Origin: Octopus vulgaris
Taxonomy: Eukaryota
NCBI GenBank assembly: GCA_951406725.2
Contig: OX597838.1
Coordinates: 20,088,001 to 20,152,000, forward strand
Length of the DNA: 64,000 nt
Direction of reading: 5' to 3'
The position numbers and the translations under genes were made by a program. Shown one piece after another: positions 13,451 through 26,518 of this stretch (position 1 is its first letter; every line of letters begins with the position of its first letter). A model generated the notes under the pieces. The model searched no databases and was not told the origin of the DNA. It saw nothing but the letters and a program-made list of their open reading frames with translations.

Positions 13451-16309
13451 GAAAGTCAAATTTCACATACAGAAACAAATTAGTATAAGATACTTTAAAA
13501 AAAATTCTGCCAAGCCTTCTACCTCTCACCAATGAAAGGAAGAACAATGTATACAAATCGCAGAGATTTCATTAAATATTATAATTAATGATAATGCTTA
13601 AAGATTTGTTTGTATTATATTTGAAACCAGTGGTTAAAATGATAACAGTAGAGGGATCAAACTTTCTAAGCTGATAGGATTCTATGTTCAAAGAGTTCAA
13701 AATGATAATAATTTCAAATTTTGACACAGTTAGCAATTTTAGGGTATGGGGGAGGGGTTAGTGGATTGCAATGCCTCTGGTGCTCAACTGCTACTTATTC
13801 TATTGACTACATGAAGATGAAAGATGAAGTCCAACTTTGGCGGAATTTGGATTCAGAACATACAAGTTAGAAGGTATGTTGCTAAGCAATTTTGTCTGAT
13901 ACACCAACAATAACTACTGCCTGCCCAAAATGACAATGGTTTTTTAAAATAACAACAACAATAATAATAATGGTTTTAAATTTTGGCACAAGGCCAGCAA
14001 TTTCGAAGAGCGGGGGGGGGGTAAGTTGATTACATCAATCCAGAAAGAATGAAAGGAAAGCTGAACTCAGAACATAAAGATGGATGAAATGCCGCTAAGC
14101 AATTCGTTTGGCTGTTGAGCTTTATCATGTTAGAGGAGCCTTGAGAAAAACAAATAACTCTAAGTTAATGAAGATCTAATCAGATGTAACATTAAGATTT
14201 AATGAAGCAAGCCACTTTGAAGACCAATGGCAAAAGCGGCAGAGCAAGTATCGTGAGCATATTTTTTTCTCGCTGTGTAATACCTGTAACGGGGGAACGT
14301 AAGATGATCTTTTGGAAAGGAACCGTAAGCTTTGGCGCGATCACACAATGGAGATACTGATATCGCAGATAATCAGAGAGAGAGAGAGAGGATCTAACAA
14401 CGAGGCAATAAAATAGCTCAGACATAGCTCCCCCGTCCCCGAAACATTTACAAGAACACACGACCAGCTTTCCACAACGATAAAATCTTCTAGAGTCCCA
14501 GCACCAAGAGAGCAGCCATTGTGTTCAAAAAACTAGGTCATCGCACAATACTGTTTTTACCACTACGCAATTACATTTATCTCAGACAGTCTTACAACGA
14601 AAATGCCTTACGAATCATTAAAAAAAAAAAAAGAACTTTTTCTGTAAGCAATTCAGAAGATTATCTAAACATTCTATCTAATCTTATTACTCTGAAAATG
14701 TCTAACTAGTTTAAATATTCACTTCGTGTCTTGCTTGTCTGTCTCGTCAAACTGCGAGTCTAAAATCTGACTCACAGTTCAACAATCCGATTAGACAGAC
14801 ACCACCATGCTGGAAAGAAAAAGACATTGATCAAAGAAACGATTCTATAAAATTAGACATGCAATCGTCCCATTTTGATTCCCTTTACCAATTAATCTCT
14901 AAGCTTTTATATATATATATATGTTTGTATTTGAAGCTGACTGTCTCTACTCGGAATTAAGAGTCTCTCCCACCCTATTTTAATTGCCTGAATAATAGCA
15001 AGCGACAAGAAACCAAGTAGTTTGAAATTCACATTTCCTCTTGTTTGTACATCCAAACATGGTATGTGTGTGTGTGTGTGTGTGTTCATTCAAAGATTGA
15101 TAAAACCAAAAGGAAACCAAACCAGCAAAGTGTTAAAGACTAGAACAGGATTCAAGTCAAACGAGTAAATCTTGATGACTAATCAGAATTGAATATATAT
15201 TAATAGAAAACGAGACATCGTTTTCAGTTTCATAGAGACCACTTTCAAAGATGATGACATCTTGAGAATCAACAAAAAATGTAGTTTTAAAATTTTAAAT
15301 CAGTGTTCTATTTAGCATATAATTTAAACGAAATCCAAATTGGATTGAAAATCATAAATGATACTGTATAAAACATTGTAAAACAAGTTAATATTTCATT
15401 GAGGAAAGCCGTAAGTTCTGGTAGGTTTTTAGATTTGGGCCAGTTATTTGTCTTTTCATTAGTTATGCAAAAGTTATGTGAATAATTTAAGAAAATAAAC
15501 GAAACAAAAAGTGGGAAAAAAAAAAGAAATATAAAAAAGTATTTAAAAGATTTTATCTTGTAATCTATGTAGAAAATCTCAGAATTAATGTCATACAGAA
15601 GTAGGACAAAGCAATGTAGCAATGACTAAGCAATTTGGCCAGCTTTCACCAGGAACAAAAAAAAAAAGTCGACAATGAAAATGGGGGTGCCGAATGAGTT
15701 CAATTAAACTTAGAAATAGAAAGTCTAATGCTTCAGATTCTTACTTTACAACAGAGAGTAGAAAAAGGTTAGACAACCATTGTCTTCCTCTTTTTTCTAC
15801 TGTTGAAGGACAAAAATCCGAAACGTCAAATTCTCTACTCCTCGCGCAAGAGAACTTAATTCGACAATCGATAAGTCTTTCTGTTCATTTATCTTTTGCC
15901 AACGTACACCTTTCCCAGTTCCCTCGAAAGCCGGACTTTACCTTTATACAAAGGCCAATTAAGGTCAAAGAGCATTGTTCGAAGGACTCTTAGGAATCTA
16001 CTGACTTCCTTGATCTAGAGTTCAATAAAGGAAGAGAGATAACAACTAGGATAATATTTATAATTGAAACTGGGAATGAAACCACGACGGGAACAAAAAA
16101 TATTTAAACAAAAAAAAAAAAGGCCTAAGTGAAAAGATTAAATGGGCGAATAAACCGATCAGTAAAAACTTTTTGGAAAGGTACAAAAATAGGGGGGGGG
16201 ATGGGATGAAGCGAAAAAGGATAAACGAAACTCGGAATACTCGACCAACCAATTATATAAAGCAAAGAATCATCATCCATGATTGAATTTTAAATTTTTC
16301 ACTGTATGC

Positions 16310-16581
16310 GTTAGTGTGTAGTGTATGTATATACATATGTATATATATATATACATATATATATACACATATATATATATATACATATATATATACACAC
16401 ATACATATATATATACACATATATATATATATAACATATATATATACACATATATATATATATACATATATATATACACATATATATATATACATATATA
16501 TATACACATATATATATATATACATATACACATATATATATATATATATATACATATACACATATATATATATATACATAT

Positions 16582-16630
<49 letters not shown>

Positions 16631-16830
16631 CATATACACATATATATATATACATATACACATATATATATACATACATATACACGTGTATAGACATATA
16701 CATATACACGTGTGTATGCATATACATATATAAGTATATGCACTGTACTACATATACATTGTACATACTGCATATGCGTAATATACGTTATATAAATACA
16801 TCTATACACATACACACACACACATACATA
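16310..16830. repeat. Complex (TA)n/(CA)n microsatellite
   Basis: Direct reading; source of Y/I/H/T-rich ORFs. Confidence 0.95.
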
Positions 16831-16920
16831 CAAACAAAATTAAGTCAAACTCGATCGATTTTTGAGAAAAGAAAATATTTTTCCTGTTACAATCAGATCC
16901 AGCCATCCATACATATATAC

Positions 16921-16952
<32 letters not shown>

Positions 16953-17794
16953 ATATATAGTTATATATATATATGGACAGAAATTATTTTAAATGGAACA
17001 TAACTGAACGTATACAATTAAAACACATACACACACACACACAACACAAATATGTATATATATATATAATATATAAGAGAATGGAGACAAACTTAGCATC
17101 ACAATAAATATATATATATATATATATATAAATATTATAGGTATATATATATATATATATATATAAAATATTATAATATGTAATATAATATAATATAAAG
17201 CACAAAACATGCAACAATGTTTGGTGAGGTTTTTTTTTTTACATTGCCTACCTCCGACTAAAATGTTAACTAAAACATTGTAGACCGATATCCGTACTAT
17301 GTATGAACAGAATGATGTGTGCGAGAGAAACATGGGAGCCTAGACACGATACGCTTTTTGTCAATCCGGATGAAGGCCATTTTCCATTTCTAGGTGGTTG
17401 TTGTGTGGTTGTTGTCGATTGATTAATTATTACTTTTTTGTTGTTGTTGTCGTTGCTGTTGTAGCTTTTTTTTTATGCTTTCACTTCTCTTTCTTTCTTT
17501 CTTTCTTTCTTTTCGGCTTGGAAACACGAACCACCGAACCGAACCGAACCGACACGACAACCCCACAAAAAACAGAGCTTCAAGACATGAGAAAGCTAAG
17601 AGAAAAATCTCCTTTTTTTCCTGTTTCGTGGGGGAGTTGTTTTGTATATAAATATATATATATTAGTATATATAAATAAATATATATATATATATTTTCT
17701 TCTTTTTCTGTATTTTACGAACTTGAAAATGTGTATGCGATTAAAACTGCATTTCCTTTGTAGTCGTACGCACAAGATGTAGGCTCTTACTCAC

Positions 17795-17855
17795 GTAACC
17801 TCATCCCGCCATACGCTTTAGGAACAGGCATTTCACTGAAGAAGGAGTAGAAAAA
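17795..17855 (-). other. Candidate first exon of a minus-strand transcript (possible start MPVPKAYGGMRL; product unknown)
   Basis: Minus strand: pyrimidine-rich start TTTTTCTACTCCTTCTTC, ATG at 17831, strong donor TAC|GTGAGT at 17795/17794; lies in CpG-retaining sequence directly downstream of a CCAAT box. Confidence 0.45.
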
Positions 17856-17865
17856 TTATAATTGA

Positions 17866-18040
17866 CGAAATCGACCAATCAGAAAGCGTGCTTTAGCAAC
17901 ACGTGATACACATATATTTCTTCCTTCTTTCTTTCTTTCTTTTTTTTTTTTTTTTTTTTTTCCTTTCCCTTCCTCTCGGTTCTCGCCCACGTCGCTCTCC
18001 CGATCTTTAACGACTCGCTCACGACTTGCTTACTGACTGA
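17866..18040. promoter_or_regulatory. Candidate promoter: CCAAT (NF-Y) box, E-box, CpG-rich
   Basis: GACCAATCAG (CCAAT 17875-17879), CACGTG 17900-17905, dense CpGs to ~18030. Confidence 0.5.
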
Positions 18041-18459
18041 CTCATTATCTTTGTTTGTATCTCTCTCTCTCTGTGTTTATCCCTCACACCCGTTCACACA
18101 CGGCTATTGTAGCCATTGTATCCTGTATACATACATACACGTAAATACATTACATTTATATGTAGATAGATGTATGTATGTATGTATGTGTGGGTGGACG
18201 GGAGAGAGAGCGAATGAATGAATGAAAGAGAGACAGAGAGACAGAGAGAATCAATATTTCATCCGTTAATTGATTTCAGACCATGGTCTGCGGCCATACT
18301 GGAGCACCACCTTATTTTTTTTTGGCTTATTTATTTATTACAATTTTATTATTTTTCTTTAGTTTTAGAGGGAAAGCGGAAGGGATTTTTAAAAAAAGCG
18401 CTAAAACGAAAAACTACAAAGAGATCGCTGGAAAAATTCTATACAAGAAAAAGATGCGC

Positions 18460-18965
<506 letters not shown>

Positions 18966-19254
18966 ATATATATAAAGATAGTTAAATAGAGTAGCGAGAA
19001 AGAGTGGTATAACAACTGATAGCGAATGGGGAGAAGAAATGTGATTTTCTCTGATGATATCGCAAGTCTGTGACAAGTATTTTTATGCATTCATAAAGGC
19101 CATTTCTTGGAAGTATCTTTAATCTCGTGTGTGTAGCACTTGCTCTATTCTCTATTGTACTTCCTACAACTGTCATAAAATCTCTTAACCTCCCTTTTTA
19201 ACGCACATGGTTTATTATAGTTCATCTACGGACACACACTGCCCATCACACGCA

Positions 19255-19255
<1 letters not shown>

Positions 19256-19313
<58 letters not shown>

Positions 19314-19344
19314 ATACATATACATATATATATACATATATATA

Positions 19345-19411
<67 letters not shown>

Positions 19412-19414
19412 TAC

Positions 19415-19454
<40 letters not shown>

Positions 19455-19570
19455 TCATACATATATATACATATATGCACATATACATATATACATATAT
19501 ATATATTCATACATATATATATATATATATATACACATACATACATATATATATACACATATATATATTC
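19256..19570. repeat. (TA)n/(TACA)n microsatellite
   Basis: Direct reading. Confidence 0.95.
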
Positions 19571-19688
19571 TTATATGTAAATTTTCAAATATTTTTCTAT
19601 GTATAGGTTTTTAACATTGATATATTAAAATGAAGTTATAATTTCATTAAGGATTAAATATGTAGTTTAAAATTTATTATATAATGTG

Positions 19689-19739
<51 letters not shown>

Positions 19740-20859
19740 ATACGGATGTGAGTAAATCTGTATGTATGTATACATGTGAAGGAGTACTTAGACATTGCTA
19801 TGGAAGAACCGTATATTTTGTTTAATATATATATCAATGTACAAAGACACAAAGAAACAGTTGAATGTACTTGTGTACTCGCACTCTTAAATGTTTGCCT
19901 GTGCATTAAGTATTACGATCTTTTTATTTAGATCGGTATATTCTTTTCTATTTGCTTACAATTAAAAGCGCGATCTCGTCTGTCTGCATACATCATAGTA
20001 TGGCTGTCTGACGAAGCGACTATGTCAGTCCTGTCATTCCGAACTTATCGATTACTGGCGAATGAGAACATGTGTGGATTGTATTTCATGAACTCGCCTA
20101 GCATTTCTCCTACCTGTAACTTATTGTTTGCTGCTGACTAATATTTCTTTGATTTTCAAACGTGACTACAAAAATGGCTTCCGTCTAACTTAACTTTCTT
20201 CGTCTGATCGTCATTGCGTACCGCATTATAAATGTTGGCTACTAGAAAAATTAAATATTTTAAAAATTCTTTTAGCATTATAAGTATGTACGTATGTGTG
20301 TGTCTGTACGGATGTATGTACGTATATAGGTATATTCGTACATACGCATGTATATACGTACGTATATACATGCGTAGATATATTTTTGCTGGAGTTTTGA
20401 AATAGATATCACAATCTCACGGGGAAGGAAAAAGAAACGGAACTGGAGTGGGGAACGTAAAAACAAAAACCCTGAAATTTTTAGACACAAAAAATTCCCT
20501 GAAGTACAGAAATACTAAAACGACGAAAGAAAAAACATGCAATTCCTTGCAGTTTTCCTTCTTCATGATAGCTATTCCGAAATTTAGCCATTTTTTAAAA
20601 ACTTCATTCCATTTCATAAACTGGAACCTAATTTGAATACTTTTCGCTCAAGATCATTTCACAGTTACCTTTCCATATGTGAAATGACTTCTATTTTTTC
20701 TACACTTGAGAGGAGGTGGGGGTCCTTAAATATAAATTCTGTGGAAGCAATTCTGTAAACCACAGAGTTGCTTCTTGCAAATGCCAGTAATCTCAAGGGT
20801 AAAAAAAGAAGCCAGAGATCCTATGAAACTACTAGGGGAAAGTAGCAGGTGATGCTAAC

Positions 20860-22420
20860 TTATGCAATTATCATACAGTTGCGGTTCATATTTTCATCAC
20901 ACGCTACGAGTAGTTGGAAGACAAGAATTGCAGTACTGCATATAACTCCCTAAATACAGCCAACAGAGACGAAGCACTGGAAATACTCCCAAAGAATAGA
21001 ACGAAGACACAACCTTTGCTGCAATGAGAATATAACAAGGGCGAGCGAGGAATAGATAAAAACAGTCCAGAGACATTAGTTTAAGTTCATGAAGAGTACT
21101 GATCGAGCTAAAGTCGCATCTGATACAATGTACAAGGATGCACTTGGAACACACATGAAATCAGTAAGAATTAGACAATTTCTATAATGAGAACAAGAAC
21201 GCAGATGCCTATGAAACTGGAGAAATTTACTACCAAGTGATCGGTACCAATGATTCGCATTATAGGGAAACCACTGATCAGCACCATAGATTGTTGAACT
21301 GAGCAACGCTACACCAGACTTGACGAGGACCCTATTTTCAGCCACAAAGTAGCAGATAGCCTGCCAACCAAGATTGGTCCATTCCTCAGAGAAGAACTTC
21401 AAAATGCTTCAAATGGTAGAAATAAAAAAAAGACACTAGTTCCAGATAACATCTCATTCATCACCTGGGAGAATTCACACATCCGCAAATATCTGCCGAA
21501 CTCTTTTACTTGTTTCAGTCATTTGACTGTGGCCATGCTGGAGCACCGCCTTTAGTCCAGCAAATCGACCCCAGGACTTATTCTTTGGAAGCCTAGTACT
21601 TATTCTGTCGGTCTCTTTTGCCAAACCGCTAAGTGACGGGGACATAAACTCACCAGCATCAGTTGTCAAGCGATGTTGGAGAGACAAACATATACACACA
21701 CATACATATATATATATACGAGGGGCTTCTTTCAGTTTCCGTCTACCAAATCCACTCGCAAGGCTTTGGTCGGCCCGAAGCTATAGTAGAAGACACTTGC
21801 CCAAGGTGCCATGCAGTGGGACGGAACCCGGAACCATGTGGCTCGTAAACAAGCTACTTACCACACTTATAACAAAACTTATGAAACACGCAGTCATCGC
21901 GAACTCTTCAATTATTTCATTTCCAAAGAAAGATGATCTTTACCTATCTCATAACTATACAGGGATCACACTTTCACCTTACAATTTAATGCGCCTTAAC
22001 AGAATTTCCACGCACATCAATCCCATTCTAAGACGACGCCAAAACGGTTTCCGTAAAGTCAGATCAACACCACCAAAGATCCATCCTTAGAAGAATTATA
22101 GAAGAGCTCAGAATCTTCCAGCAAAACATCTATTTATTGTATTTATGGATTGCTCAAAGGCATTTGATATTGTCAACAGAAAGACTATGTTCAACATGGT
22201 CTTTCTGGGATACTGTAGTTCAGCATATGCTGTTGAACTACGGTATTCCCGATGAGATCGACATCATCATTGCCAATATAAAAAAATCACCCAGCCTTGT
22301 GTCAAGCATAGACAATCTAACTAGAGAGTTTCCAACGAAATCAGGAATCCTACAGAATGATACTTTAGCTCTTTTTTTCTTTATCCTTGTAGGGGACTAA
22401 CATCTTGAGACAGTCTTGAT
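20860..22420 (+). pseudogene. Decayed non-LTR retrotransposon (RTE/RTE-X-like) ORF2, reverse transcriptase region; continues after insertions at ~25200-25975
   Basis: Frameshifted RT motifs FPKKDDL..NYTGITL, ILRRRQNGFRKVRST, SKAFD, LLNYGIP, SGILQNDTLALFFFILV; interrupted by a SINE at 21501-21866. Confidence 0.8.
21501..21866 (-). mobile_element. SINE family A (tRNA-derived head, CORE-like GGCACCTTGGGCAAGTGTCTT), near full length
   Basis: Minus strand B-box GGTTCCGTCCC, CORE-like segment, internal (TA/CA) microsatellite, tail GACTGAAACAAGTAAAAGAG. Confidence 0.85.
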
Positions 22421-22437
22421 CTCATCCAAGTTAAATC

Positions 22438-22990
22438 TGTAGCTGATTCGAAACCGAATCGCTGGATCATCGAGTAAACATCACGGTTTAGTCATAGTCA
22501 TTTCACGTGATCGGCCGATTAACTTATCAATCAGTATCGAGCCATCACCTGATTCGATTGTCTAGTACCTTCTAATAAGGTTTATAAAAAGATTAATTTT
22601 GGCGCTAATTTCAGAATGCTGACGCTGTTGCGATGATAGTTCCATTCTCATTTCCATTCACCAGCAGTTGCAGAATGTCGAAACAGTTGCTTTAACAACT
22701 CCATACTCGTGTTTCCATTCTCCAGTCGTGCAGACTGAAGATACAGATTTGTGGTCATGAATTTAGCACGATATTACTCCAGTTGTGACAGCCTAGTCAC
22801 AGACCTACGCGTATCAGTTATGCTGTCGTAGCCACCAGAGTTTGTCTCTCCCAGTGTGTATTCATTGTTCTTTTTATTCTTCATCCAAAGACCAACATGG
22901 AAAACGCTGTGCAGTAAATAAAATTTCTGTTAATTATTAGTGAGTGTCGTTCATTATTTACACACAGCCAATAACCAAACACAACCACCA
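22438..22990 (+). mobile_element. LTR-like segment; its 3' part (22825-22990) recurs at 24572-25198
   Basis: TG start, AATAAA near the end, CA end; GTAGCCACCAGAGTTTGT...CAAAGACCAACATGGAAAAC...CAGCCAATAACCAA.CACAACCA present twice in direct orientation. Confidence 0.5.
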
Positions 22991-22999
22991 TAAATGAGT

Positions 23000-24300
23000 A
23001 CCTTACACGCGACACTTGTGACTTTCAACACGAACCACTCTTATTACTACGTCTACCAACATACAAAAATGGCCGCGTACGATATTGGACTCGAACATTT
23101 AACCACACGACGGCCATTGAAATCAACCCGACTTCTTCATTTACTGCATGAATTTTCAGCCACCAGGAAATAAACACGCGCGCAATGATAGCCCGCTGTA
23201 ACCACGAGAAAGATCAGAAGCGGCAGAAGCCAACAGACAGTTTTTCTTAGCACCGCATCCCTTACCACACTAAGCTTTGATGTTGAGACCACTATTGGCT
23301 CAGGACTCATTTTCCGTTTTCCTCGAAACAGCAGTCAAATCTACCGGTCAACACATAGAAAATTCTTTTCTATTCACAAACGACCAGTCTTTCATCTTCC
23401 CATATATTTTCCTCTGTGTGACTGCTGTTGAAATAAATATATAACAACAACGAAGAAACATGGCTTCTTCACTTGTCTCATTCATATCTTCAATATCCCC
23501 CGAATTGGCATTGTTTCGTAAGACGAACGAATATAGAATTCAAGCGTTAACATATAAGCTTGAGCAGTTGCGGCTTTCCGCTCAAATTCACGTGGCCGAA
23601 GAATTTATTGAAAACGTTCTTTCTGTCCTCCGACAAAGTCTTCATTGTTTTGCTGATATCACAATCGCTTTGACATGGATGCATACAAGTGTATTCCACC
23701 CGTCCCTTGAAGTCATCTACTCAATCGCAGGAAAACGCCGTCGCCAGGGATTCAAAGCGACTACACTCCTGATCTTTTTTGTCTATATCACCATTTTGAA
23801 GCATCGCTTCCTAGATAATATAGGAGCAGCTTGCAGCATATGGCCTGTTAAATTATGTGATTCACGAAAGCCGTCAGTTATCACCTTGCAAGCTATTAAC
23901 CATTCTTCTATTTCCACTTACGGCGAAAAATCTATCACTCTAGATTTTAATGTGAGCTCAATTCAAGTGAATTTTCATAACTGCCGATCTTCCACATCTT
24001 GTCCTTGGTGCCATTTCCCTGCATCATTTTGGTTTTCTTGTCGATTTGTAACACAAGTGATTGATAGATTTGAAAACAGAATTATCTGCGCAGGGTATGT
24101 ACTCAAAACCTCTTATTGTTAGTATTCTTCTCTTTGTACCAGATCTAATCATTATCATACGATCCTTCAGAAATTTCTGAGCATCATTCGCACTGCTTTT
24201 GGTAACGGGAGTCCGGTATATTCTGTTAAACATCATATTATCACAAAGGGACCTCCTGTTTCTTCTCGACCAGGGCGATATTTCTCCAGATATGACGACC
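23000..24300 (-). pseudogene. Decayed retroelement internal sequence (possibly Gypsy gag-like)
   Basis: Lies between the LTR-like direct repeats; minus-strand fragments DFSP*VEIEEWLIAC (in-frame stop) and LLLYYLGSDA loosely resemble gag N-termini; many stops and frameshifts. Confidence 0.3.
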
Positions 24301-24314
24301 TAGTTCACCGTCCT

Positions 24315-24444
24315 AAATTCTATCATCGAGATCTTGTTCCCCAATGCTAATACTTCACCCTTGTTTATTTATTCACATAAACAAGGGTGAAATATTAGCA
24401 TAAGGCCACAAATTTTGGGGAACAAGATCTCGATGATAGAATTT
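24315..24444. repeat. Near-perfect compound inverted repeat
   Basis: AAATTCTATCATCGAGATCTTGTTCCCCA / TGGGGAACAAGATCTCGATGATAGAATTT plus inner ATGCTAATACTTCACCCTTGTTTAT / ATAAACAAGGGTGAAATATTAGCAT. Confidence 0.9.
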
Positions 24445-24652
24445 GAGTCCAGTATGTATTTGAACAGGATTTTATTCCATCAATTCTGGGAGGAAATGTA
24501 AGGCCGAATTACCCTGGTGGATTTGTACTCAGAATGTACAAGACCAGAACCAAATCCCCCGAGAAGCTATATTGTAGCCACCAGAGTTTGTTTCTCCCAA
24601 TGTGTACGAGTTGACTTTAATTCTTCATCCAAAGACCAACATGGAAAACATT

Positions 24653-25106
24653 CTTCTTCTAACCGCTCAGTCGAAGTCGACTCTCGGTCACTCGTTGGAT
24701 CAGTGTCCTCCAGTGAGTTCTATCTTGGGCGCTTCTTTCAGACTGGCTATGTCCATTCCGGTATCACTCTTGATGGTGTCAAGCCAGCGGGTTCTTGGTC
24801 GGCCTCTTCCTCTCTTGCCACTGACCATTCCGAACATGATGTCCTTCTCCGGGGATTTTCTCCGCATAATATGACCGAAATATGCCAATCTATGCTTGGT
24901 GATCCTAGCTTCTAGCGACATTTTCGGCCTTATCTGCTTAAGAACTTCTCCATTGGTGAGCCTCGCTGTCCATGGAATCCGTAAAAGTCTTCTCCAACAC
25001 CAAAGCTCGAATGCATTAATTCTCTTCTGGTCAGCTTTCTTTAGTGTCCAGGTCTCGCATCCATATGTTGCTATTGGGAAAACAATTGCATTCACCAATC
25101 TGCATT
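24653..25106 (-). mobile_element. 5'-truncated RTE (BovB-like) LINE insertion with 11-bp TSD
   Basis: ORF RLVNAIVFPIATYGCETWTLKK..AFELWCWRRLLRIPWTAR..YFGHIMRR..GKRGRGRPRTRWLD is the RTE/BovB ORF2 C-terminus; (GAA)n tail; TSD TGGAAAACATT at 24642-24652 and 25107-25117. Confidence 0.92.
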
Positions 25107-25402
25107 TGGAAAACATTATGTGCAGTAAATAAAGCTTCTGCTAATTGTTCGTGAGTGTTCTTTATTATTTACTCGCAGCCAATAACCAAGCACAACCATT
25201 ATGGACGAACACCTTACATAAAACAAATCCATCAAGCAGAAGCGTTCAAAGCATCAGCAAAGTGTGTATCTCTTTGACCTTGACTATAATTGATAATCTT
25301 AGCATCACAGCTCATCAAATGTATGCAAGATCCTTTGAGAATGCAACAGCTGAAGTCGATATTTCTCAAAGCAATGACCATCAGTGAAGAAGAAAGCTTT
25401 CT

Positions 25403-25788
25403 TATTTCTGTACTGCCCGCAAGGGGCTAAACACAGAGGATACAAACAAGGACAGACAAACGGATTAAGTCGATTATATCGACCCCAGTGCGTAACTGGT
25501 ACTTATTTAATCGACCCCCGAATGGATGGAAGGCAAAGTCGACCTCGGCGGAATTTGAACTCAGAACGTAGCGACGTGCGAAATACCTATTTCTTTACTA
25601 CCCACAAGGGGCTAAACACAGAGAGGTCAAACAAGGACAGACAAACGGATTAAGTCGATTATATCGACCGCAGTTTGTAATTGGTACTTATTTAATCGAC
25701 CTCCGCGGAATTTGAACTCAGAACGTAGCGGCAGACGAAATACCGCTTAGCCATTTCACCCGGCGTGCTAACGTTTCTGCCAGCTCGC
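25403..25788 (-). mobile_element. SINE family B dimer with 18-bp TSD
   Basis: Head GAGCTGGCAGAAACGTTAGCACG, B-box GAGTTCAAATTCC, body repeated twice; TSD TGAAGAAGAAAGCTTTCT at 25385-25402 and 25789-25806. Confidence 0.88.
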
Positions 25789-26302
25789 TGAAGAAGAAAG
25801 CTTTCTGCCAAATTGCTCCAACGATTGAATACTACTCAAGGAAGGCTGATGTTGCTAACAGTAAAAAACCTTTATACTCAAGGGACTAGCCTGGAGTAAT
25901 TAATTACCTGTGAGAAAAGAATTTGAATAAAGGGAGTTGCCGAGATTATCCTGGGAGAGTTGACCAAAGAATTTGACATACAGCTACGACTAAAGGCGGT
26001 GCTCCAGCATGGTCACAGTCACATGACTGAAACAAGTAGAAGAGTAAAAGAGTAATATCTAATTATAAAAGTATAACAGGATTCTTTTAAAAGACTGAAT
26101 GGTATTGAAGGTCCTGTAGAGTAAAATGGAAATGAACGGGGTCCACAGGCAAAAAAATGGCTGAGACCACTGACGTAGAAGCTCCTGTGTTAGCTCGTGG
26201 TTAGTCTTAAGATTTGTGCATTGTTGGAGCAACTAAAGGAAATAAAATAACTCACCATTTCGGGGGTTCAATTTCGTCATAGACTGATAATGACAAATAA
26301 TT

Positions 26303-26518
26303 CTTTCAACTATAGACACAAGGCCAGAAATTTGAGGGGAGGAGGGGGCTTATCGATTAAATCAGTTCTAGTACTCGACTGGTGCTTATTTTATCGACTC
26401 CGAAGAGATGAAAAAGCAAAGTCAGCCTTGGTGAAATTTGAACACAGAACGTAAAGAACCTGAAAAAATGCCGCAAAGCACTGTTTCAGACGTACTAACG
26501 ATTCTGTCAGCTCGCTGG
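26303..26518 (-). mobile_element. SINE family B variant, decayed
   Basis: Shares GAAATTTGAAC.CAGAACGTAAAG and the CTGGT.CTTATTTTATCGAC core. Confidence 0.7.

Noticed and set aside
23460-24122. 220-aa plus-strand ORF, the longest non-microsatellite ORF
   Set aside because: No recognisable domain; lies within decayed TE-like sequence between direct repeats and is probably an incidental frame. BLASTp/HHpred would settle it
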